Source of the DNA: Hemiscyllium ocellatum
Taxonomy: Eukaryota
Assembly: GCF_020745735.1 (NCBI RefSeq)
Contig: NC_083404.1
Coordinates: 114,265,731-114,329,730, forward strand
Reading direction: 5' to 3'
DNA length: 64,000 nt
This document shows positions 24,862 through 36,680 of the stretch, in pieces. The position numbers and the translations under genes were made by a program. Below the pieces are notes generated by a model. That model made no database searches, had not been told where the DNA came from, and worked only from the letters and a program-made list of their open reading frames with translations. How positions within the stretch are numbered: the stretch's first letter is position 1; each line of letters starts with the position of its first letter.

Positions 24862-25954
24862 CACTAGTTACAGGTGGCAACCAGAAAAGCACTCATTTAT
24901 CCCAACTCTCTGCTTTCAGTTGGTTAGTCAATCCTCTATCCTAGTTATCATATTACCTTTAATCCCCTGTGATCTTATCTTATGTATTAACCTTTTATGT
25001 AACACCTTATCAAATACCTTCTGTAAGTCCAGACATACTAATCAGCATGATTGCCTTAGCTATTCCATTATGTCATCGAAAAATGCTAGTAAATTATTCA
25101 AAAGTAATTTCCCCTTCATTAAACTATATTGACTCTAAATGGATTGACCTGTTAATAATTCTTTAATAATGGATTCTAACAACCTCCCAGTGACAGATGT
25201 TGAATGAACTGGTCTATAATTTCTAACTTTCTGCCTTCCTCCCTCCCTTTCTGAATAAGGGTATTAAATTAACTTTTTCCAATCCGCTAGAACCTTTCCA
25301 GGGAATTTAGTTTTATTTGCATCCACTATCTCTGCTGGCACTTCCTTTACGATCATAGGATATAGCCCAAAACGGGCCTGTGGTATGTATTCCTTTAATC
25401 CCAATAGCGTTTTCAGTGCTTTTTGCCTAGTGAAGGCGATTGTTTCAAGTTCCTACTTTTCTAATATCTCTGCATTATTGACAAGGTCTCAGTGTCCTTC
25501 ATCATGAAAACTGAAGCAAAATATTGATATAGTGTCTCTGGTATTTCTATATTCAGCTCCCCAGTCCATCCTTTAGGGACCAACATTCACTTTAGCTACT
25601 CTCTTCCTTTCTTTATACTTCTGGCAGCTTTTGATACCTGTTTTTATGTTTTGCGCTAGTCTTCTTTCATGATTACCATTTGCTCTTTCTATTACTTGTG
25701 GTCATACCCAGCACAAAACAATGGTTGTAGTTATTGCAAGTCATTCATCTCAGCTCCAGGATATCAGTGTAGGAGTTTCTCAGGGTCGTGTCCTAGGTAC
25801 AACCATCTTCAGCTACTTTATCAGTAGTCTTCCCTCCCAGATAAGTGGGTATATTCATGGATGTTTTCCAAATGTTCAGCACCAATCATGACTCCACTAG
25901 ATACCAAAGCAATCCATCTCCAAATACAATAGGAACTGGACAGTATCCTAGCTT

Positions 25955-26055
25955 GAAATAAAACAGAATTGTTAGACAAGTTCAGAAGATCTGGCTGTAT
26001 CTGTGAATAGAAAAAAAAGTTAATTGCTCAAGTGTCATATATTTCTCCTTCAGAA
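25955..26055 (-). mobile_element. Degenerate Penelope-like pLTR (old subfamily)
   Basis: Similar to 6968-7068; inserted in the old LINE. Confidence 0.45.
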
Positions 26056-26844
26056 AAGTCCTGGCCTGGGTTGACAAGGGTCAAGTGAAATTTGCACCAC
26101 ACAAGTGCCAGGCAATGATTATCTTCAACAAGATAAAATCTAATGATTACCACTTGACATTCAATGGTATTACCATAACTAAATCCCCACAACCAACATA
26201 GTGAACTTACCAGAAACTGAACTGGACTAGCCATATAAGAACTGTAACTACAGGAGCAGATCAGAGGCTAGGAATCCTGTAATGTTTAACACATTTCTTG
26301 ACACCCAGAGCCATTCCATTATCTACAAGGCACAAGTCAGGAGTGTGATGGAATACTCCTCACAGGCCTGGATAATTATATGTCCAACAATACTCAAGTA
26401 GCTTGACACCATCCAGGATAAAGTACCCAATCTACTTGGCACCACATCCACAAACATTCTTTCCCAAAGTAACACATTGTGTATCATGTATAAGATGCAC
26501 TCCAGATATTCACCAAGATGCTGAGATAGCACTTTCCTAATTCATGATCAACTCTATCTAGAAGTACAAGTACAGCAGATACATGGGAACACCACCCCTT
26601 TCATGTTTCCTTCCAAGCCACTCACCATCCTATCTTGGAAATATATCTCTGTTCCTTCAGTGTCACTGGGTCAAACCCTATAATTCACTCCCTCAAGACA
26701 ATATGGGTCTACTTACAACACATGGACGACAGCAGTTCAAGAAAGCAGTTCATCACCACCTTCCCAAGGGTTTAAGGATGAGAACTAAATGCTGGCCAAG
26801 ACAGCACTGCCCACCTCCCATGAATGAGTTGAAAAGAATTAGAA

Positions 26845-27435
26845 TTTATGCATTTAAATTGTTTATTGCAAATGGAATGGAATTTTAAAGTAGTTGTACT
26901 TTGTATGAGGGGTAGATGAAAACATATCTTCTGTACTATGTAAATATGGTAGAAGAGGTACAGCTATCCAGGATGGAATGTTACGGTATTATCTTATGAT
27001 AACCGTTGGCCAGGATTGACTAGTTATCCATTTGAGTTTAGAAAACTAAGAGGTGATTTTATTGAAACAGATAACTTAAGGAGATTGACAGAATGGATAA
27101 TGAAAGGATATTTCCTCTTGTTGAAGAATCTAAGACTATGAGACAGAGTTTATAATGGGTCTCCCATTTAAGATGGAGGTGAGGGGGAAGTCTTTTTCTC
27201 TGGGAATCACAAATCTTTGGAACTGTTTTCCCCAGAGAGCAATGGAGGTGGGATCATTGAATAATTTAAAAACAAGTCGAATAGACTCTTGACTAACTGG
27301 GGAGTCAAAGGTTAACTGGAGTAGATGGGAATGTGGCGTTGAGGCTACATTCAGGTCAGCTGTGATCTTATTGAATGATGGAACAGGCTAGAGAGGCCAA
27401 ATAGCCCACTCCAGCTCTTAATTAGCATATATGTA
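26845..27435 (+). mobile_element. CR1 LINE 3' fragment
   Basis: Decayed 'FEFRKLRGDFIET' and 'LWNCFPQRA' motifs plus a CR1 3' UTR. Confidence 0.75.
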
Positions 27436-28009
27436 ATGACACTATAAAGACACTACATTTCCTTTTATACTAATGGAAAAGTAACCCAAGTGCAGTTGGG
27501 TTCCAGAAATAAGGGAAGGAAACTGAAGTAAAAGAGATTCAAAGTGTTTACAATGCTACAACTTTGTAATAATATTAAACTGAGTGTTCTTATGTCTTTC
27601 ACATTTGTTCTCTGAACTCTGTAAGTTATCCCAGAAGAGGAATGAGAACTGGGGTGTCCAACTGTACTGAAGACTCCCTATTGTTCTGGCCTATTGGATA
27701 TGGCATTAATAACTCTTACAGACTGCTGACTGCAGGAGTTGACCTACTTACATATTTCCAAGCAAACAATTTCTTGTAAAAATCACTTACACTCGTAAAT
27801 ATAAAAACAAACATTAGAAATTTATAGCTAACAATAACATCTTTATGCATTTTTTATCAAGTGCTGTTTATAATTTAACACATAAAACCTCTAGCATTAG
27901 TTTGATGGCTGAAGTTTGAGCAGAAATGTGACCTGTATACCTCAGTGCAGAAATAAAATTTTATTCTTCTTCAGCATGATTAGTTGTTAAATGGACCAAA
28001 TCTGCAGTC

Positions 28010-28138
28010 AGGCAAAAGTGAGGACTGCAGGTGCTGGAGATTAGTGTCGAGAGTGTGGGGCTGGAAGAGCACAGCAGGTCAGGCAGCATCCGAGGAGCAG
28101 GAGAGTCGTGTTTTGGGCAAAAGCCCTTCATCAGGAAA
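28010..28138 (-). mobile_element. Solo Penelope pLTR with mutated hammerhead and tail
   Basis: Minus strand ttcctgatgaagggcttttgcccaaaacacgactctcctgctcctcggatgctgcc. No clear TSD. Confidence 0.82.
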
Positions 28139-29199
28139 TTAAGAGATAATTAAATGCCACACACTATGGTGACTTACAGTTTTGAATCTAATCATTAGTT
28201 GAAGATGGTTTATGTGTGTATAAAGTAATTCACACTAGAAAATGAGTTTTGGCTGAATTTAATTGAAATGATTAGATGATTATAGATAAGTAACTTGGAT
28301 ATGCCTATAAAAGGTACAAGATTCTGTATGAACAATCAGGGTGTATTTTGGAGTTTGATTTTTATATCCTGAAAAATAAAAGAATAAATGGGTAGAATCA
28401 AGCCCATGGTCAGATAAAATGTACAGTCTGCGGAAGAGTGAGGGTGATAGGTTAAATGACATTTCTCATTTCACACCTTGTTATAAATTCAGGTTTGTCT
28501 TGGATATTTTCTCAGAGATGAGTCATCCCTTGGACCTAAGTGTTTCAGCACCTGTATTATTCTGATCAGTCTTCTAAATAAAAATGTTCCACTAAGCTTG
28601 AAGAAAAACTTCACACACAGCTTTCCTGTATCTGCGCACTGTTATTGGCAGTTAGCATTGGGTAAAACCCATGTACAACAAAGGTGCTTAAAATATTAAG
28701 CACGTTCTTGTGCAACATCTAAAAAACTCATCTAAATCTAAAACATCTGTCTCAGCAACAGAATGGGAGATGGCCAGCTAAAAGAAGAACAGTCCTCAAT
28801 GTTTTTGCTCCACTCATCAATTCACTTTTCAATAAGTACAATATCAATGTCAGTGAACTAACTGCACAGAGGCTGGTATCCTGACACCAAGTCACCCCTT
28901 ACTCAATGTACAAAGCATACCGGCTGTGGCCAGCCAGCTCAAAGTCATCCCCTGATGTGAGAAGATTCGAATCCCCTGCTTATGTATTTTGTTTTTCTAT
29001 AGGAGATTCTGAATCCCCCATTTATTATTTTGTAAACTTTTCCCCACAGTCCACTGGCTATGGCCAGCCAGCTCAGAGTCAGTCCCCTAACCTGAGGAGA
29101 TTTGACATCCCCTGGTTATGTAGATACTTTTCGGGTTCTTTTTTCCCTATAGGAGCTTCAGAATCCCCTATTCATATTTTTTTCCTTTTGTTGTAGGCT

Positions 29200-29375
29200 C
29201 TGGCATCAGCAGCAACAGTCCTGACTGAGGTGTTATGGGGACCCAGGCAGCAGCAGCAACAGTCCTGAGGTGATGTGGGAGCCCAGGCAGCAGCAGCAAC
29301 AGTCCTGAGGTGATGTGGGAGCCCTAGCATCAGCAACAGTCCTGAGGTGTTGTGGAGACTCAGGCAGCAGCAGTG
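29200..29375 (+). repeat. 40-bp minisatellite, about 4 units
   Basis: cccaggcagcagcagcaacagtcctgaggtgatgtgggag is exact at 29242-29281 and 29282-29321, with degenerate flanking units. Confidence 0.92.
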
Positions 29376-29636
29376 GAGGCAGACCAATGCTGTAGAAGGA
29401 GCAGTAGTATTACTTTTACAACTGAACACAGCTCAATAAAAGAATAGAACCAAAACACAAAAACAAAGATGAAAAAGGAAGGCAAACATCTCCTTAGTCA
29501 ACAGTACACTGGCCATGACCAGCCAGCTCAGAGTCAGTTCACTGATCTGAGGAAATTCTAATCTCCTGATTTTTTTTCTGAGGAGATTCTGACTCCCCTA
29601 TTTATATTGGTCAGTTAGAGTTCCCTGATTTTTCAG

Positions 29637-30525
29637 AATTCCTGATGAAGGGCTTATGTACGAAACATCAATTCTCCTGCTCCTCAGATGCTGCCTGACC
29701 AGCTGTGATTTTCCAGCACCACACTCGCGTCTCTGATCTCCAGCATCTGCAGCCCTCACTTTCTCCTAGTTGATCTTAACCTTACTGCGAAACCTCTTCC
29801 AAGGGTGGCTACCCTGAAACATTTCTCCTCCTCTCTCCCAAGGATCTTAGTGAGTCCCTCTCTCAATTAACCCCCCCCCAAGTCCCCTCCTTTGCCCTGA
29901 AGCTCTTCAGCAATATCCTGAAGCAGACTCGCTACCACAGCCACATCTCCTTCCTCAGTGCCTGCCTATGAAACTGACTGATCCCATATGGACTCCAGAC
30001 CACATTCAGACCAACACCTTCTCCCCCCACAATTTGGACCTGAACAGGACACCCAGTACACACTACAAATCTGAAACCTTCAGCAATGATTCTTTTTCTG
30101 GATCCTCTGCTTCACACTAACAGCCATGTGCTGCCATCTATTCTACCTGCAGTCAGTCCTGCCCCAGCTCAGAGCCACACTCTGCCAGACCTGCAATGGA
30201 CTTCTGCATTTCTACATCCTCAGAAGAATTCATGCACTCAACAAATGGTTTTTCTCTGTCATACTTACCCCAATACACAGGTTTCCTCAAGCATTCCAGA
30301 ACCTTCTCCAGGCCTCTGAAACTGCCCAGATGCCATTAGCCACACAGCCGCTCCTTCCACAATCACAGGAGCAAACAATGACGTTTCAAACCCAATTTCC
30401 CCGGTCAACCCATTGTCTCAGCCTGTGCCTGTCCCATTCCTGATTTATCCCATGCCCAAAACGTCAATTCTCCTGCTCCTCGGATGCTGCCTGACCTGCT
30501 GTGCTTTTCCAGCCACACACTCTCG
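29637..30525 (+). mobile_element. Penelope-like element (Neptune-like): pLTR with hammerhead, ORF N-terminus, partial pLTR
   Basis: Starts aattcCTGATGAagggcttatgtacGAAAc. 'KQTRYHSHISFLSACL*N*LIPYGL' at 29921-30001 resembles the PLE N-terminal motif. TSD tccctgatttt(t/c)cag at 29622-29636 and 30526-30540. Confidence 0.85.
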
Positions 30526-30784
30526 TCCCTGATTTTCCAGGGTTAACAACCCCAATCAAGGATCTCATGGTCAATGCAATCCACCTGGTATCAATCACTA
30601 CAATCAGGAAAGCAATGGGTATGGGAGTCTGAAAATATGACTCTGTCAAAGATAATAAGAGGCAATTACAGATAGTTGCATGCAGAAACTCCTTTGCACA
30701 GAAAATAAAACCATTTCGAGCAATTCTCCTCTGTAAATATGAATAAAGCACGCCAACTCTCCCAACTAAAAACCTCCTCATTTC

Positions 30785-31127
30785 TAGAATCCCTACAGTG
30801 TGAAAGCAAGCCATTCAGCCCACACTGACCCTCTAAAGAGCATCTCACTCAGACTCACAACCCTTCTCTATAGCTCTGCATTTCCCATGCCTAATCCAGC
30901 TAAACTGCACATTCTTGGACACTATGGGCAATTTAGCATGGCCAATCTACCTAATACATCTTTGGACTGTGGTAAGAAATCAGCGGACCCAAAGGACCCG
31001 GAGGAAGCCCACGCAGACACGAGGAGAATGTGCCAACTCCACACAGACAGTCGCCTGTGGCTGGAATCGAACCCAGGTTCCTAGTGCTGTGAGGCAACAG
31101 TGCTAATCACTGAGCCACCGTGTCACC
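30785..31127 (-). mobile_element. HE1-type V-SINE
   Basis: Reverse-complement match to other HE1 copies. Confidence 0.88.
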
Positions 31128-31399
31128 TCATTCTGATGAAATAATCCTGAAAACGGTCATTTCTCTGTTTTCATGCATGGAGTGCAATAATACCCAGTAT
31201 ATTTACATGCATTACCACTCTGTTCATCTGTAGTCAACCGTACTCTGACACGGGACTTTAGACCTATTCTCTCTGTTAAATAGACAAATGCTTGTATCTT
31301 AAGGGGTATCAATCCACATCAAACATGAATTGCCAGGAATGACCTACTGCCTGCCAGAGGCATGGCAAAAGAGTAGCATGTTGCTCAGCAATCTGGTGG

Positions 31400-31495
31400 A
31401 CCCTGTTCTGTGGCCAACTAGTCCTGGAGTTGGACTTGAACTCGGAGTATCTGGCTCAAAGTTGAAGCATGATACACTAATGCCCAAGGGCTCGA
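31400..31495 (-). mobile_element. Probable tRNA-derived SINE head (another family)
   Basis: Minus strand carries a B-box-like gagttcaagtcc after a decayed A box. Confidence 0.35.
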
Positions 31496-32964
31496 TTGCC
31501 CACCCTGTAACAGATGCAGCCCAGTGCTCTGAGAATTTATCAGGCATGTAGGAGAGAAACATTCAAAAGAAAGAGGCATTTAATAATGGAAAATGGGCAG
31601 AAACCACCTGCACTCAAAAACCCTGTGCTCTCCACCCACTTTTAATCAGCAAGAAAATTTGATCTCAACACTTTTATTGTTTAATGTATTTACGAAAGTC
31701 AAATAACATATTCTCACATTATTCTTCTTAGAATGGTGCTTCATATGAAATATTATTTTGCAAGCTTGTATCTGCCCATGTCCCACTAGTGAATGAAAGA
31801 AAGGATGTAATTTCAGGTGGAAGAACATCAATAATTCACTCTCACCCTCAAACTTGTCTCCATTTACACCATTGACAGGATATGGACAATTGAGAGATTG
31901 TCGTGGATAGCCATGGACTCTGGAGACCACTTGTTAGGAAGAGCTGAGCCAAAATGGAAAGATCAGCTGAGTGAGAAGAGGGTTCTGAAAAAGCAGAGGC
32001 CAGCAAATCTTGCACCTACTCCAGATCAAAATCCTGGAGCTCCCTCCTTAACAACCCTGTAACAGTCACTACACGACATGAACTGCGATTGTTCTAAAAG
32101 ATAGCTCAGCACCACCACTGTCAAGGACAAGGGATGAGAAACCAGTACTGGCCTAGTGAGTCTACATCCCATGAATAAATTTAAAAAGTGGCAAAAAAGC
32201 TGTCAAAACAGGGTGTGAGAAGTGATTCATACTTACCTATGTTTTATAGAGTTAGCCACCAAACCATTGCTCCACTGACAGAAAGCTGTCAATATCTTCA
32301 ACCATATTATATTGTTTAAGCTCATTGTTTTAATTTATACTAATGATTGTCTTATTTTTCAAACATCATTACCTCAGAATTTTTCTTAAGTTTTATGTCA
32401 AAAAGGTAAATAAATTCTGCTCAGGTTAAAATTTGAAATAATAGTATTTTTTAAAAAAAGACATTGCTTTGAACAGTCTTGTCTTTCTTTCATGTTAATA
32501 TCATCTTCAAGTCTCCTGATCATATTCTTCCACCCCTTCCCTCTCCAACAGGATAGCTACTCGACCAATATGTTCAATTAAAGGCTAAAAACTTACAACA
32601 TTTCCCAAGTACTACAGTATCATTGCACAGTGTATTAGTTGTAAAGTGCTAGGAGATTAAATGATATGAAAACATATATCTCAGGAAGCCACATTTACTG
32701 GCTCAACAATGGTCACGTGCCGTGTAACAATGCATCTATTCACCAACCACATGCAGAGCAGAAAGAAATGCATTGGTGAACCTCTAACACTTAGTGCGGT
32801 TATTTTTGATTTATGTGAACCAGAAGACATAATATCAGAGCACTTAATGGCTCTTCTTCCCATACACATTGACAATTTTTACAGATTGACTCTAAAATCT
32901 CCAGACTCAATTAACAATCAAAAGCCTTTTATTCATAACTGACCACAATAACTCTGGTACATTT

Positions 32965-33325
32965 TCTTTCTTTATTTATGCATGGGATGAGGGCATCGCT
33001 GGATAGGCACAGCATTTATTGCCCATTCCTAATTATCTAGAGGGCAGTTAAGAGTCAACCACACTGCTATGGGTCTGGAGTCAGGTGTAGGCCAGACCAG
33101 GTAAGGATGGCAGTTTCTTTCCCTAAACGACATTAGAGAACCAGATGGGTTTTTCTGACAATTGACTCGTGATCATGGCTAGACTTTGAATTCCAGATTT
33201 TTTTGTGTTTCATTGAACTCAAATTCTACCATTTGCCATGACAGGATTTGTACCCTGATTCCTGGAACATTATCTGGGTCTCTGGATTAACAGTCCAGCG
33301 ATAATACCACTAGGCATTTGCCTCC
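32965..33325 (-). mobile_element. tRNA-derived SINE (same family as 7980-8305), near full length
   Basis: Head cctagtggtattatcgctggactgttaatccagag...gggtacaaatcc, conserved core, and the LINE-derived tail. Confidence 0.82.
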
Positions 33326-34589
33326 TCTACTATATTCAATTTATGCTTGAATTTTCAGGATAAAGGATTCATATACATTGTGGTTACTGCAGAGTTTGGT
33401 GCACTGTAGCTATACATAAATATGTACATTGACATATTGGAATTTTCAGCTAAATAACATTGGAAAGGGAAGTTTTTTTTTACAAGGCACGTTAGGTTCA
33501 ACCAAGCAAAAAAGATGTCAGGATCAGAGACAAAATACTGCAAATACTCAGAGGGTTCTGAGAAAAGATCAACAATTTGAAATGTTAAATTCCTCATCAA
33601 AATGCTGGCAGTCTGGGAAATTACTTTTGGCGTTTCCTATTTTTATTATTGTGGATAATAGTGTCTTATCTAACGCATGACAATTTTTCAGCATTGGGCT
33701 GGAGTTTTGAGAAGAGACTGTTAGTTTGTGGAAGGGAGAGGAAACGGGGGAGGGACCAGTGTGCTGAGTAGTTTTGGAGTTTCATGCAGTCTGTATTACA
33801 CATTCTGACTGCCATATTCCCAAAGCTGTCTGGAAAATTCCACAGCACCCTGCGGGCTGACTATTAGCAAACAGTGTGAAAGTTGCTGCAGGCTGCAGTA
33901 AAGAATTTATAACTGGTGCATCACAAATTTAATTGGAAAAGAACCAGGATGAAATGATTGGACTGCCTGCTATTTATCTTGGAAAAGGGAGAACAAACAT
34001 AATTATTTCAGGAGCCAGTTTTGAAATGACAGGACTGGCTTCAAGCAGTAAATGGACCATTACACCATTGCCCAGATGTTCACTTGTTACACCAAAATGC
34101 AACACAAATGTTACATTCATTTTGATGATGTTGATTCAGGTTGAAAGTTCTTGCCGACAACAGGAACATCGTTGTGAAGAGCAAAATCAGCTTAAACAGT
34201 TGAAGTCCGAGAATAAGATGCAACATACATCTTATATTCTTGCTATAAGCATGAACACTGAAGTTTGAAGTCACCATTTATACATATTAGGCATAGCTTG
34301 TTAATGAAATTAATAGTGAAAGCTTTGCAGCCTTTAATATAATTCATTATGAAGTCTTAAAATGTATTCACAGTCATTGGAAAACATTGCAAGTGCCCTT
34401 GAGAATATATAATCATAAATGCTTGACAAAATTAACATTAACAAACAGAAATGCATTTGACATCCTGCCTTAAAGTTACACCTGCTTTAAACCAATGCAA
34501 TCCCATGACATTTGTATGCACTGTCCTCTGTCTGGAGGACAGATCCTTGTTAATTAGTCATGATGTGAAGATTTTAGACTGATCAACAT

Positions 34590-36680
34590 AAGAATGTAGG
34601 AACAGGCGTCATTCAGCCCATTTAGCCTGCCCTCCCGTTCAATAAGATTAGTGAACACTTCGATGCCTTTTGCCACCCTATTCCATAACCCTCTATGCCA
34701 CTTGTTATCAGAAATCTATCAATTTCTGCCTTAAACAGGCTCAAAGACTGAACTTCCACAGCTCTCTATGGTAGGGCATTTCAAATGATTTCACAATCAT
34801 GAGTGAAGCACTTTCTCCTCATCTCAGACCCATTTGGCATCCTCTTTGTTATTAAATTGTGTTCTGATTCTAGACTACCCAGCCAGAGGAAACATTTTAC
34901 CTGCATCTAATGCAGTGAAGATTAGTGAGGACAAATATAGTCCCCTTACAATCAAAAACAGGGAGATGGCACACCAATAAGTACATATTTTGGTTCTATC
35001 TTCACAAATGATGTCTCAAAGATGTTGGGGAACACAGGCTCCATTGAGAGGGAATAAATTAAAGAAATCTCTTATGGTAAGGAAATTGTGTTAGGGAAAT
35101 TGATAAGATTAGAGGCTGATCTCTCCCCAGAACCTGATAATCTACATCCCAGAGTACTTGAGGAAATGGCCCCTCGAAATAGTGGATGTATTGGCAATCA
35201 TCTTTCGAGATTCTATATACTCTGGAACAGTTCCTATGTATTTAAGGGTAGTTAATGTAACCCCGTTATTTAAAAAAATGGATTAGAGAGAAAAGAGGGA
35301 TTTATAGACTGGTTCGCCTGACATCAGTAATAGGGGAAAATGCTAGAACCCATTATAAAACATTTAATAGCAGATACTAAAGTACATGGGATTGGAAGCA
35401 GACTATTGACATTGATAGAACTGGTTAGCAGACAGAAAATAAAGAACATAAATAAATGGGCACTTTTCTGAGTAGAAGGCAGTGACTAGTGGAGTAATGC
35501 TTGTACTTGGACCCCAACTATTCACCATATATATTAATGTTTTAAATGATATCTCCAAGTTTGCAGATGAGACAAAGCTGTGTGGGAGGGTAAACTATGA
35601 GGGTGAAGCAGAGAAGCTATGTGTGATTTGGACAGATGTATAACAAATGAAGTGCGATGTGGACAAATATGGGGTTATACATTTTGGTAACAAAAACAGG
35701 AAAGCAGAACATTATCTGAATGGTCATCAATTGAGGAAGTGGAAGTTGCAATGAGACCTGAGTGTCCTTGAATACTAGTCACTGAAAGTAAGCATGCAGG
35801 TGCAGCAGGTGGTGAAGGAGGCAAATATATGTTTGCCTTCATAGTAATAATATTCAGCTAACAGAGCAGGAATGCCTTGCTGCAATTATATAGGGCCTTG
35901 GTGAGACCACACATAGAGTACTGTATGCAGTTTTGGGTCTCTTATCTGAGAAAGGAGGCTATGGAGGGCGTGTAATAAAGGATTACCAGACTGATTGCTG
36001 AGACTACATTCACTGGAGTTTAGAAGAATGAGGTAGCTATCATAGAAACCTATAAAATACTAACAGGACTAGACAGGGAAAATGGAAGAATATGTTCCTG
36101 CTGACAGGGGAATCCAGAACCAGGGGGGTCACAGTCAAAGTACACAGGGTGGCTCATTTAGGACTGAGGTAGAAGAAATATCTTCACCCAGCGTGTGGTG
36201 AGCCTGTGGAATTCTCTACTACAGAAGGAAGTTGAGGTAAAAACATTGAATGTTTTCAAGAAGAATTTAGATATAGTTCTTAAAGCTAAAGGAATCAAAG
36301 GTTATGAGGAGAAAGCAGGAACAGGATGTAGAGATAGATGCCCAGCCATGATCATTTTGAATGACAGAACAGGCTTAAAAGGTTAAAAGGCCTACTTCTG
36401 CTCCTATTTTCTATGTTACAGCTTACCCCTTTAAATACTGTGTAAGTTTCAATTAAAACACTTCTCATTCTTCAAAACTCTTGAGAACATAGGCCCAATC
36501 TCTCCGCATAAGACTTTCCCACCAATCTGGTGACAAGTCTGGTGAACATTGATTACACTCCCCTGATGGCAACAATATCTTTCATGAGGTAAGGGAATCA
36601 AAATTGCACAAAGTACTGCAGATATGGTCTAACCAAACTCCTATATTGTTGAAGTAAGACTTCAACTGCCTCGTACTCAA
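34590..36680 (-). mobile_element. Old CR1 3' fragment (34590-34910 and 36420-36680) split by a plus-strand CR1
   Basis: The two halves are colinear with the minus-strand CR1 at 22320-22935. Confidence 0.72.
34912..36418 (+). mobile_element. CR1 LINE, 5'-truncated RT and 3' end
   Basis: Decayed 'ISKFADETKL', 'LLQLYRALVRPHIEYCMQFW' and 'VSLWNSLLQKEVE'. Confidence 0.88.

Larger units (their letters stand above)
22320..25695 (-). mobile_element. CR1 LINE (RT and 3' end) nested in the older LINE, itself interrupted by Penelope copies
   Basis: 'RKDVIAWEAIQRRFTRLIP...GLYSLEFRSMRGNLI' at 22545-22832; the decayed RT continues at 24281-25695. Confidence 0.82.
20680..26840 (+). mobile_element. Old CR1-clade LINE ORF2 (APE endonuclease, RT, 3' end), interrupted at ~22320-25700
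   Basis: APE-like 'DSTITIPG.VLSHR..RPSKSGGTAVY'; RT 'VQMCPVHKKQTKVNPANY'. The reading resumes at ~25700 and continues to 'IYKAQVRSVMEY' and the tail at ~26760-26830. Confidence 0.78.
28854..30602 (-). mobile_element. Solo LTR (probably Gypsy-type) with internal triplication, minisatellite and Penelope insert
   Basis: On the minus strand it starts TGTAGTGATTG and ends ...GTTAGTTCA, with a TATAAAT box near 29600. Near-TSD gtcag (28849-28853) and atcag (30603-30607). Confidence 0.7.

Noticed and set aside
29200-29375. Short repeats resembling a CRISPR array or a polyQ/polyA coding tract
   Set aside because: Contiguous tandem units without unique spacers, in a eukaryotic context with no cas genes; this is a minisatellite.
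31128-31165. ctgatga...gaaaacggtc possible hammerhead
   Set aside because: No stem II pairing; at best a very decayed pLTR.
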